Positions 39,279 to 48,105 of a stretch of 52,720 nt of DNA are shown here, piece by piece. The notes under the pieces were generated by a model. The model searched no databases. It saw only the letters and a list, made by a program, of their open reading frames with translations, and was not told the origin of the DNA. The stretch's first letter is position 1. The number at the start of each line of letters is the position of its first letter. Source of the stretch: Bacillota bacterium (GTDB taxonomy: Bacteria; Bacillota; Clostridia; Peptostreptococcales; Anaerovoracaceae); assembly GCA_030535275.1 (NCBI GenBank), contig JAUNIQ010000003.1:1-52720 (forward strand), read 5' to 3'. A program made the translations under genes and the position numbers.

Positions 39279-40577
39279 ATGACAGATACAAGAAAATTAT
39301 ATGAAGACAAAATAACAACTCCTCAGGAAGCGGTAAAGGTAATAAAATCCGGAGACGCGGTGGTGTTCCATGCAGGCGTATGTGAACCGGAACTGCTGAT
39401 TGCGGCAATGGTGGAAAGAGCTGATGAACTGGAAAATGTTGAAGTCATTCATATGACATCTCTCGGACAGGCAAAATATGCTCTGCCGGAGATGAAGAAG
39501 AACTTCAGACATAACGGACTGTTCATTTCAGGGCCGACTAGAAAGGCGGTAAATGAGGGAAGAGCTGACTTCACACCATGTCACTATTCTGACATACCTA
39601 AACTGTTCAGAGAAGGCAAGGTCAGAGACAACGTTTTCCTGATGGAGGTACCACCACCTGATGAGGAAGGTTACTGCAGCTATGGACTGACTGTTGACTA
39701 TGCGGTTGCCGCTGCCGAAATGGCAGACGTGGTAATAGCTCAGATAAACAGAAATATGCCGAGAACCTTCGGTGAAAAAATACATATCAGCAAGATTGAC
39801 TATATAGTAGAAAAGGACGAGCCAATACATGAACTGCAGATGGGAAGTGTAAGTGAAATCGAGAAACAGATTGCACACAACGTTGCAAGCCTCGTTCCTG
39901 ATGGAGCCACTTTGCAGTTAGGCATAGGAGCTGTGCCTGACATGGTTCTGAAATTCCTGACACACAAGAAGGATCTGGGGATTCATTCGGAAATGTTTTC
40001 GGATGGAGTCGTTGATCTCTATGAATCCGGTGCACTGACAAATGCGAAAAAGACTTTGCATCCGGGAAAGTTCATTGCAACCTTCCTGCTTGGAACAAAG
40101 AAACTTTACGACTTTGTTGATAACAATCCGGATGTTCTGCTCTTGCCGGTTGATTATACGAACGACCCGAACATAATAGGGCAGAATGACAATCTGATTT
40201 CAATCAATTCCGCACTGCAGGTGGACCTTACCGGTCAGGTTAATGCGGAAACGCTTGGAACAAGACATTTCACAGGAATAGGCGGTCAACTGGACTTCGT
40301 TAGAGGAGCAGCAAGATCAAAGGGCGGCAAGTCAATAATTGCCCTGCCGTCAACTGCAGCGGGAGGCAAAGCATCAAGAATAGTGAACGACTTCGGTGTT
40401 GGCGGAGCGGTCACCACGCCTAGAGGTGATGTTCAGTACATCGTAACGGAATATGGCATTGCGGATCTGCAGGGCCTTTCCCTGAGAGAAAGAATTCATG
40501 CTTTAGTAAATATTGCCCATCCGGATTTCAGAGAACAGCTGCTGAAGGAAGCAGAAGAATCCGGAAGGTGTTTATAA
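39279..40577 (+). CDS. Acetyl-CoA hydrolase/transferase family CoA-transferase (4-hydroxybutyrate CoA-transferase-like)
   Basis: DGATLQLGIG, LGIHSEM, GIGGQLDFVRGA, VTEYGIA. Confidence 0.92.
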   Translation: MTDTRKLYEDKITTPQEAVKVIKSGDAVVFHAGVCEPELLIAAMVERADELENVEVIHMTSLGQAKYALPEMKKNFRHNGLFISGPTRKAVNEGRADFTPCHYSDIPKLFREGKVRDNVFLMEVPPPDEEGYCSYGLTVDYAVAAAEMADVVIAQINRNMPRTFGEKIHISKIDYIVEKDEPIHELQMGSVSEIEKQIAHNVASLVPDGATLQLGIGAVPDMVLKFLTHKKDLGIHSEMFSDGVVDLYESGALTNAKKTLHPGKFIATFLLGTKKLYDFVDNNPDVLLLPVDYTNDPNIIGQNDNLISINSALQVDLTGQVNAETLGTRHFTGIGGQLDFVRGAARSKGGKSIIALPSTAAGGKASRIVNDFGVGGAVTTPRGDVQYIVTEYGIADLQGLSLRERIHALVNIAHPDFREQLLKEAEESGRCL

Positions 40578-40593
40578 AATGAAGGAGGATAAA

Positions 40594-41931
40594 ATGGACA
40601 GTTTATTTACAGTATTAAGAGAAGAGGGACTTACAACTCTCAAGATCCAGAACAACTGGAAGACAAATGTTACAAGATTATATGCAGCCAAGGAATGGGA
40701 TCCGGATGTTGACTTCAGCAAGTACAACAAGGATTTCTACGCAGAGAGCCTGCTGACTGACGACGGAGTATATTACAACACTCATCAGGTCTGGGAGCTG
40801 TACAGAAAGTACGGTCTTGAAGAACATCTGCAGAAGGTAATTGAAAAAATCAAGGCAGGAAGACATTTCCAGATTGAAGCATACTACAATGCAAAGTACG
40901 AAATTCACTTCATGTACAATCAGCACAGCAAGAAGCTGGGCGTTCACAATAAGAGAAGAGGACTGTTCACAGGTGGAATCAGAAGACACGAACTTGAGGA
41001 AGACGAGCTGGAATGCATCCAGGATGGTCTGAATCTGGGAAGAGCAATGAGCTTCAAGAACATTCCGTCAGGCGTACACTACGGCGGAGCAAAGACTGTA
41101 GTTCAGATGCCGCCTCTCGACATTAACGACATGGAAGAACTGGGCTGGCTTGCATATGTAATTGACAAGGCAAGAGGAATGTCAACTCCTGACATGAAGC
41201 TGCCTAATGAAATGGTTGGTATCATCGTTGACAACTTCTCAAAGCAGTGGTTGGCAGGAAACAATTCAAGGCTCGGTTCATCTGCAGTTCCTACAGGAAT
41301 CGGAGTGTTCCACGCAGTTAAGCAGGCTGTTAAGTTCAAGCTTGGCAAAGAAACTCTGGATGGTGTAACAGTAGCAATGCAGGGCCTCGGTGATGTAGGT
41401 ATCACTGTAGCTGAAGAAATGATGAAGGAAAACGCTCTGATGTATGTTGCTGACGTCGATCAGGAAAGACTGGAAGCTTTCAGAGCAAAGTATCCTAACA
41501 ATGTTAAGATTGTTCCTACAGATGAAATCATGAATCTTGAAGCGGATGTATTCTGTCCATGTGCAATGGGTGGAATACTTACCAAGGAAAATATTCCTAA
41601 CCTGAAGTTCAAGATTATAATCGGAGCAGCAAACAACCAGCTGCAGGCAAAGAGTGTTGAAGAAGAACTGGAACTGGCTAAGCTCCTCGGTGAAAACGAC
41701 ATTCTGTTCCAGGTTGACTGGTGGCATAACTGCGGCGGCGTAATCGTTGCAATTTCAGAATATGAAAATGATAAGATCACTTTGGAAGAAGTAATCGACA
41801 AGACTATCGAGAGAGTTTCAACTCTTACATGGGCAAAGCTCAACGAAGCAAAGGAAAAGGGAATTACTCCAACAGAGGCAATCTACGCCGAATGTGAAGA
41901 AATCATTTACGGAGATAAGGACTTAATGTAA
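40594..41931 (+). CDS. Glu/Leu/Phe/Val dehydrogenase family protein with N-terminal extension
   Basis: GGIRR, MSFKN, YGGAK, QGLGDVG, PCAMGG, GAANNQL, NCGGVI. Confidence 0.88.
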   Translation: MDSLFTVLREEGLTTLKIQNNWKTNVTRLYAAKEWDPDVDFSKYNKDFYAESLLTDDGVYYNTHQVWELYRKYGLEEHLQKVIEKIKAGRHFQIEAYYNAKYEIHFMYNQHSKKLGVHNKRRGLFTGGIRRHELEEDELECIQDGLNLGRAMSFKNIPSGVHYGGAKTVVQMPPLDINDMEELGWLAYVIDKARGMSTPDMKLPNEMVGIIVDNFSKQWLAGNNSRLGSSAVPTGIGVFHAVKQAVKFKLGKETLDGVTVAMQGLGDVGITVAEEMMKENALMYVADVDQERLEAFRAKYPNNVKIVPTDEIMNLEADVFCPCAMGGILTKENIPNLKFKIIIGAANNQLQAKSVEEELELAKLLGENDILFQVDWWHNCGGVIVAISEYENDKITLEEVIDKTIERVSTLTWAKLNEAKEKGITPTEAIYAECEEIIYGDKDLM

Positions 41932-42428
41932 TGTTTCAGAATATGAGAAGATCCAGACAGCAAATGAGCGCAGAAGAATGCAACTGCATTCTGAAAGAAA
42001 AGACGTCAGGAGTTCTCAGTTTGTATGATGAGAAAGGGTACACCTATGGTGTACCCTTGAACTACATTCGGGAGGGCAACAGAATATACTTTCATTCTGC
42101 AACTGTCGGACATAAAATAGAAGCGGCAAAATTTCATGACAAGGTGTGTTTCACTGTTATTGCAGAAGACACTGTGCTCCCGGAAAGAACGTCTACAAAA
42201 TACAGAAGTGTAATCGTGTTTGGTAGAATTCGAATGGCGGAATCTGATGAGGAGAAGACAGCGGTACTGAGTGCCATGGGGAAGAGGTTTTCTCCAGACA
42301 GAACAGAGCACCTGAAGAATGTTATATCAAAGAAGTTAAATGTCACAGAAGTAATGGTTCTGGAAATTGAACACATTACAGGGAAAAAAGCTATTGAATT
42401 TCTTCAGGATAATAATAGGGAGGAATGA
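41931..42428 (+). CDS. Pyridoxamine 5'-phosphate oxidase-like flavin-binding protein (Nim-like)
   Basis: MRRSRQQM, YGVPLNY, IYFHSA..GHK, YRSVIVFG, ITGK. Confidence 0.87.
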   Translation: MFQNMRRSRQQMSAEECNCILKEKTSGVLSLYDEKGYTYGVPLNYIREGNRIYFHSATVGHKIEAAKFHDKVCFTVIAEDTVLPERTSTKYRSVIVFGRIRMAESDEEKTAVLSAMGKRFSPDRTEHLKNVISKKLNVTEVMVLEIEHITGKKAIEFLQDNNREE

Positions 42429-43643
42429 ATGACACTGGTTAAATATGTTGAAAGAAAAAACACATCATGTCTGAAATGGGACGGGCTTCAGGAACATTTC
42501 AGCAGTGGCAATCTGTTACCGCTGTGGGTAGCTGACATGGATTTCAGCACACCGGACTGCGTGCAGGAGGCATTAAAAAAGTACATTGGCATTGGAGCCT
42601 ACGGATATTATGCAACATCGGATGCATATTACAATGCTTTCATTAGCTGGCAGAAAAAACGATTCGGTGCGGAAATACAGAGGGACTGGATCAGGTTTTC
42701 TCCGGGAGTGGTTTCCGGATTCAACTGGCTGACTAACATTATGACAGAACCGGGTGATCCGGTAGTTCTTCTTACACCGGTCTACTATCCTTTCTTTGCC
42801 GCAGTTGAGAACAACGGCAGGACACTGGTTTCCGTCGATCTGTTAAATGATGAAGGAAAGTATTCTATTGATTTTGCAGCTCTTGAGGATACCATTGAAA
42901 AGAGCGGGGCTAAAGCGCTGATATTCAGTTCGCCTCATAATCCAATAGGTCGTGTATGGACGGCCGATGAGCTGGAAAGAATTCTTCAGATATGCTACGA
43001 GAACGGGGTGTTTCTTATCTGTGATGAGATACATCAGGACTTCGTGTATGGCAGCCGCAGACAGATTCCAATGTGTATGATTGCGGAACAACTCAAAACC
43101 AAAAAAGGATATGGGAAGATTGACGGACAGTATGCAATGCTGGCGGCGCCGTCAAAGACCTTTAATCTGGCAGGATGTCAGAATTCATTTGTGATGATTC
43201 CAGATGAATCTGTACGAGAAAAATGGGACAGATTTGCTGAGGGCATAAGCGTCACAGATGGAAACGGATTTGGATACGTTGCGGCTCAGGCGGCTTACGA
43301 GGGCGGAGAAGCGTGGCTGGAAGAGCTGAAAGAGATAATACTGGGCAATTACGAATACGCAAAGTCAGCAGTGCAGGCTTCATTTGAGAAGGCGATTGTT
43401 CCTCCGCTTGAAGGAACCTATCTCATGTGGCTTGACTTGTCAGCATATGTAGATGAAAATAATATTGAAAATTTCATGGAAGAGAAATGCGGTCTAGCCG
43501 TTGATTACGGAAAGTGGTTCCGGGGAACGGGAAACGGATCGTGCATAAGAATTAATCTGGCTACAAAGCAGGAAATAATCGAGAAGGCAATGGCAGAATT
43601 ATGTAAGGGTTTACAGGAGGTCGTCAATGAAAATAATAGATAA
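42429..43643 (+). CDS. patB: MalY/PatB family C-S lyase
   Basis: LWVADMDF, SPHNPIGRVW, DEIHQD, APSKTFNLAG, EGTYLMWLD. Confidence 0.92.
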   Translation: MTLVKYVERKNTSCLKWDGLQEHFSSGNLLPLWVADMDFSTPDCVQEALKKYIGIGAYGYYATSDAYYNAFISWQKKRFGAEIQRDWIRFSPGVVSGFNWLTNIMTEPGDPVVLLTPVYYPFFAAVENNGRTLVSVDLLNDEGKYSIDFAALEDTIEKSGAKALIFSSPHNPIGRVWTADELERILQICYENGVFLICDEIHQDFVYGSRRQIPMCMIAEQLKTKKGYGKIDGQYAMLAAPSKTFNLAGCQNSFVMIPDESVREKWDRFAEGISVTDGNGFGYVAAQAAYEGGEAWLEELKEIILGNYEYAKSAVQASFEKAIVPPLEGTYLMWLDLSAYVDENNIENFMEEKCGLAVDYGKWFRGTGNGSCIRINLATKQEIIEKAMAELCKGLQEVVNENNR

Positions 43644-44514
43644 ATCCGTATTGAGATTTAACGGAAGCAACAAACCTGAAGCAACAGTGGAATCCGGAGA
43701 GGTCCTGATTTTCAGAGCGGAAGACTGCTTCGGAAATGCGGTTCAGGAAGAGATAACAATGGCAGAGGCAAATCTGGAGTATTCTAATCCGGCTGCAGGA
43801 CCTGTGTTCGTAAATGGAGCAGAGAAGGGTGATGTACTCAAGGTTGAAATACTTAACATAGATTTAAACGACCATGGGGTTGTCTGCACATTCGGGCACT
43901 GCGGTCCTTTTCAGGATAAAAGTGAACTGAGAACAAGAATCCTGAAGATTTCAAAAGAGGGAAAGACTGAATTCAAGGGAATCGAATGGTTCGTTGATCC
44001 GATGATTGGTGTAATAGGAACAAGCCCGGCAGAGGGTGAAGTGGCATGCGGCTATGCATTTAATCTGGGCGGAAATATGGACTGTAATGTTATTACCGTT
44101 GGAAGCACTGTTTACTTCCCTGTCGAAGTTCCGGGTGCGCTGCTGCAGATGGGCGACATTCATGCTTCAATGGGTGATGGAGAGCTTACCGGCACAGGCA
44201 TTGAAATCCAGGGTGATATCATGGTAAGAGTCAGTGTAATAAAGAATTTTGAACTCAACTGGCCGGTAGTGGAAACAAAGGATGCATGGTACGTATGTGC
44301 AAATGATCAGAGGTTGGAACCTGCCTACAGGAAGGCTGCTGATGAAATACGAAGACTGGTTGCAGATGCATACGAGTGGGACTACACAGACGTAGCGCTG
44401 TACATGACACTCAGAGGTCTCATGGGTGCAAACCAGACCTGCCTGGATGATGACTTCCAGAGTGTCAGAATGGGAGTGCCAAAGGTTCCGGGCAAGCCGG
44501 CATTAATTAAATAA
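43627..44514 (+). CDS. Acetamidase/formamidase family protein
   Basis: NPAAGPVFVNGAEKGD, PMIGVIG, GGNMDC, GDIHASMGDGE. Confidence 0.92.
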   Translation: MKIIDKSVLRFNGSNKPEATVESGEVLIFRAEDCFGNAVQEEITMAEANLEYSNPAAGPVFVNGAEKGDVLKVEILNIDLNDHGVVCTFGHCGPFQDKSELRTRILKISKEGKTEFKGIEWFVDPMIGVIGTSPAEGEVACGYAFNLGGNMDCNVITVGSTVYFPVEVPGALLQMGDIHASMGDGELTGTGIEIQGDIMVRVSVIKNFELNWPVVETKDAWYVCANDQRLEPAYRKAADEIRRLVADAYEWDYTDVALYMTLRGLMGANQTCLDDDFQSVRMGVPKVPGKPALIK

Positions 44515-44541
44515 TTCACAGCGAGACATGAGTTGAAAGAC

Positions 44542-44579
44542 AAGATGACAAGGGTACGCATTCTTTTGTCATCTTTTTT
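44542..44579 (+). terminator. Intrinsic terminator ending the sigma54 operon
   Basis: AAGATGACAAGGG...CTTTTGTCATCTT-TTTT. Confidence 0.78.
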
Positions 44580-44689
44580 CTTGCTTTTGCATATTGACAT
44601 ATATTACCAGTAATGGTATTATTACCCTGTCACAAAACACGAGCCATTAAACACATTTGCAAAAAAGGGCGCAAGGAAAGGAGATAATT

Positions 44690-45022
44690 ATGGCAAGCAA
44701 CTTTGATGAAAGAGATGTAACCTTTGACATTCTTGAGGAAATCGGTGTTATCAGTACACAGGAGACCGGGTGGACCAAAGAACTAAATTTAGTTCGCTGG
44801 AACGGCGGCCTGGCCAAGTACGACATTCGCGACTGGGATCCGTCTCACGAGAGAATGTCCAGGGGAATCACTCTCAAGGAGGATGAGATGAGAAGAATTC
44901 TCAGCCTGATGAAGAGAAGACGTTCAAGTTCCAGAACGAGAAAAGATGAGGCGGTGGATGACGCTCCGCTGGAGTACACCGAAGTCGATGGTGTAGCTGA
45001 CGAAGAGGGCGAAGAAGAATAG
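44690..45022 (+). CDS. YdbC/PC4-like ssDNA-binding protein with acidic tail
   Basis: GWTKELNLVRWNG, KYDIRDW, MSRGITL; promoter TTGACA-17-TATTAT at 44594-44622. Confidence 0.9.
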   Translation: MASNFDERDVTFDILEEIGVISTQETGWTKELNLVRWNGGLAKYDIRDWDPSHERMSRGITLKEDEMRRILSLMKRRRSSSRTRKDEAVDDAPLEYTEVDGVADEEGEEE

Positions 45023-45059
45023 TCATGGCGTGCAGCTGCGATATGCGAAAAGTGAATTT

Positions 45060-45090
45060 GGGGAATCGACTTGCTGTTGATTCCCTTTTT
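45060..45090 (+). terminator. Intrinsic terminator
   Basis: GGGGAATCGAC-TTGCT-GTTGATTCCCT-TTTT. Confidence 0.78.
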
Positions 45091-45107
45091 CGTGGGCGGG
45101 ATGTTTT

Positions 45108-45315
45108 TTAGACCAGATAACGGCTGACATGCCCATGGATTGTCATTTATGGTCTAAGTAGAAAAAACATTTAGACCACGAAACACCCAGAACTATTGAG
45201 ATATGGTGTCTTTGGTCACAGCGTGACAATGGAAACGGAGATTGGTGGGGTGATATTTGTTTTCTTTAGACCAGAAACGCCAAAAACCAAGGATTATAGC
45301 TAGCTTTTGGTCTAA
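45108..45315. repeat. Array of three 50-bp units, TTAGACCA-N34-TGGTC(TA/AC)A
   Basis: Units at 45108-45157, 45171-45220, 45266-45315; constant length, conserved inverted ends, variable self-complementary interiors. Confidence 0.85.
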
Positions 45316-45348
45316 TTATTTTGGAGATAACAGAAAGGGGGACTGGAC

Positions 45349-46335
45349 ATGCGGTTTTCGGAGATGATACTGGCAGCAACTGTGCAGGGTAATCTGAAAA
45401 AGAGCATTAAAAACCTGCATAATGAAATTAATATGTTAAACAGGAGCGATCATTTATTACATGCACAGGACGTAAACATGTATGCGGTAAACAACCAGGG
45501 AAGAATAATATTCAGGGAATACTCGAAGACAAGCAAGAACGAAAAACATCTGCGAAAAGATTCTGAGAGATTTTATATACTAGCCAGGCGGAAATATCTG
45601 GAGCTACTGATTAAACTTCTGGAGTACAGGCAGGACCCGAATTCGCAAACCATTAAGGAGCACGCGGAAAATGTTGACAGACTCGATAAGCTGATATCAA
45701 ATTTTGAAAAAGCCGGAGTTGATTTTACAAGAATAATGTTAACTGACGAGCAGTATGCCTGTACAAAGGCAAACTATCGAAGGAAAAGGATGGGTCAATC
45801 AATAAAGAAATACACTACCCCTGGAGGAGTTGCAACAAGGTCCAAATCCGAGCAGAAGCTGGGAACGAGATTTGAATATTTCGGGATACCGTATCGTTAT
45901 GAAATGAAAATAAGAGTAAATGTCGAAACGCTGGTAAACGCACTGGAGGAGGAACTGAGAAAAACAGGTTGGCTCAAGCGCACACTTTTTTATTATGACG
46001 GAAATGAATGCATCTGGAATGTGCCGGCAAAATATGCATGGATGAATGAACGCGGATCAATGTGGAAAAGCTATGATGCAAAGGCAAACGAAATCATCAT
46101 TTACCCCGACTTCATATTTCTTCTTCGTGACGGCAGCCTGCTGGTCTGGGAACACGAGGGAATGGCATCAGATTTCAGGTACAGATGCAATGCGTCCGAA
46201 AGAATATTCGTGCTGCGGGAAACAGGAACAGTGGCGGAGAACAATCTGGTGTTTTCATTTGAACGGGACATTAACGACGAAAAGGAGCTGGACAGGATGA
46301 TAATGACCCACCTGATTCCGCGGATACTGTTCTGA
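45349..46335 (+). CDS. Uncharacterised protein with C-terminal PD-(D/E)xK / Vsr-DUF559-like nuclease fold
   Basis: TRSKSE, GIPYRYE, IYPDF, VWEHEG motif spacing; helical N-terminus; codon style looks different from neighbours. Confidence 0.7.
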   Translation: MRFSEMILAATVQGNLKKSIKNLHNEINMLNRSDHLLHAQDVNMYAVNNQGRIIFREYSKTSKNEKHLRKDSERFYILARRKYLELLIKLLEYRQDPNSQTIKEHAENVDRLDKLISNFEKAGVDFTRIMLTDEQYACTKANYRRKRMGQSIKKYTTPGGVATRSKSEQKLGTRFEYFGIPYRYEMKIRVNVETLVNALEEELRKTGWLKRTLFYYDGNECIWNVPAKYAWMNERGSMWKSYDAKANEIIIYPDFIFLLRDGSLLVWEHEGMASDFRYRCNASERIFVLRETGTVAENNLVFSFERDINDEKELDRMIMTHLIPRILF

Positions 46336-46389
46336 GCGACTATGCGAAGGCACTATTCTAAGAACCGCAAAATGTGTTATACTAATGCC

Positions 46390-48105
46390 ATGGAAATATT
46401 AATCAGAAAAGGTCCCCGTGAGGACGACGTAAAAATCAATGTTGAAGAAGGCTGCACACTGGAGCAGCTTGCTGCAAAGGCAGGACCGCACCCTTACAGA
46501 ATTCTGCTTGCAAGAGTTAACGGTGTGGACACGGAACTGACAGAGAAGGTATCGGACGGCGATATTGTTGAACTTCTGGACATGAGAACCCATGCGGCGG
46601 ATCTGGTTTACCAGAGAAGTCTGACGCTGGTATATCTGACTGCAGTCAGAGATGTGTTTGAGGCCAGGGGCATTCACAGAATGAGAGCCATAATAGACAA
46701 CTCGCTGAATCAGGGCTTCTTTACGAGAATCAGAGCGGGTGCGGATGCACCGGAGGAAACAGTAAAGGCTGCTGAGCGTGGCCTAACCGACGCTGACGTT
46801 GCGGAAATAGAAGCCAGGATGAGAGAGATAGTCAGCCAGAACCTCCCTATTGAGAAGGAGTATGTTCCAAAGGAGGAGGGAGTAAAGCTCTGGAAGGAAT
46901 ACGGATATCCTGAGAAATCCGAACTGCTGAAGCTGGTTCCGGACAATGAATATGTAACGGCCTTTTATAAGATAGGAACATACAGGAACTATTTCTTCGG
47001 GCCGATGGCGCCTTCGGCAGGCTATGTTGACCTGTTCGAACTGAGAAAGTACAGACAGGGCATACTGCTCAGATTCCCTCAGTACGAGAAGCCGGATGAA
47101 ATGCCGGGATACAGAGATGACTTCAAGCTCTATGAGGCATTCGGAGAAGAATACAACTGGCTTAAGCTTTTGCGCACTCCTTATCTTTCTGACATGAACA
47201 GGACAATAAGAGAGGGCGGAAGCAAGGACCTGATACTTCTGTCAGAAGCACTTCATGAAAAGAAGATTGCGGAGATTGCAAACGAGATCAAAACCAGAGG
47301 TAAGAGAATAATTCTCATTGCAGGACCATCATCTTCGGGCAAGACTACTTTTGCACGCAGACTCTGCATACAGCTTAGAGTAATTGGCCTGCAGCCGTTA
47401 TACATGGGAACGGATGATTACTTCGTTAACAGGGAAGATACCCCACTGGATGAGAATGGTGAAAAGAACTACGAGAATCTGGATGCTCTGGATATAGACC
47501 TCTTCTCAAACAACATGAACGACCTGCTCGCAGGAAAGGATGTGGACATTCCTGAATTTGACTTCATGGAAGGCGTCAAGGTATTCGGCAAGAGAATAAC
47601 CAGAATAGAGAAGGATCAGCCTATAGTAATAGAAGGAATCCATGCCCTTAACGGCAAGCTGACGGAGCAGATTGACAACAACGAGAAATTCAAGATTTAC
47701 ATCAGTCCGCTGACGCAGCTGAACATTGACATCCATAACAGAATTCCAACATCGGATGCCAGAATGTTCAGGAGAATGGTTCGTGATTTCAAATATCGCG
47801 GACATACAGCTGCGGGCACGATCAGTGAGTGGCCAAAGGTAAGAGCGGGAGAGAACAAGAACATCTTCCCTTACAGCGGAGAAGCTGACGTGGTGTTCAA
47901 CTCAACCCTGGCATATGAAACATGTCTGCTGAAAAAGCAGGCCCAGCCTTTGCTTGAGGAAATAAAGCCTGATGAGCCGCAGTACAGCGAGGCCCAGAGA
48001 CTTCTGGTGCTGCTCAGATTCTTTACTGAAATAGATAATGAAGATTACGTGCCAAACAACTCTATTTTAAGAGAATTCATCGGAGGGAGCGTATTTGTAG
48101 AATGA
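46390..48105 (+). CDS. Nucleoside (uridine) kinase family protein with N-terminal TGS/ThrRS-like domains
   Basis: IAGPSSSGKTT, DDYF, EGIHALN, RRMVRD, NSILREFIGGS; likely leaderless start at 46390. Confidence 0.9.
   Translation: MEILIRKGPREDDVKINVEEGCTLEQLAAKAGPHPYRILLARVNGVDTELTEKVSDGDIVELLDMRTHAADLVYQRSLTLVYLTAVRDVFEARGIHRMRAIIDNSLNQGFFTRIRAGADAPEETVKAAERGLTDADVAEIEARMREIVSQNLPIEKEYVPKEEGVKLWKEYGYPEKSELLKLVPDNEYVTAFYKIGTYRNYFFGPMAPSAGYVDLFELRKYRQGILLRFPQYEKPDEMPGYRDDFKLYEAFGEEYNWLKLLRTPYLSDMNRTIREGGSKDLILLSEALHEKKIAEIANEIKTRGKRIILIAGPSSSGKTTFARRLCIQLRVIGLQPLYMGTDDYFVNREDTPLDENGEKNYENLDALDIDLFSNNMNDLLAGKDVDIPEFDFMEGVKVFGKRITRIEKDQPIVIEGIHALNGKLTEQIDNNEKFKIYISPLTQLNIDIHNRIPTSDARMFRRMVRDFKYRGHTAAGTISEWPKVRAGENKNIFPYSGEADVVFNSTLAYETCLLKKQAQPLLEEIKPDEPQYSEAQRLLVLLRFFTEIDNEDYVPNNSILREFIGGSVFVE

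Noticed and set aside
41931-42428. Metronidazole resistance (nim) gene
   Set aside because: Only family-level similarity; it is embedded in a metabolic operon with no IS-supplied promoter, so resistance cannot be claimed
45150-45178. GTCTAA...TTAGAC as an integron attC site
   Set aside because: Lacks the AAC/GTT core, is far too short in that orientation, and no integrase or cassette ORFs are present
45108-45315. Array as CRISPR or TIGR array
   Set aside because: Conserved parts are only 8-bp inverted arms with irregular gaps; there are no 23-47-bp direct repeats, no cas genes, and no Nop-domain or box C/D features recognised
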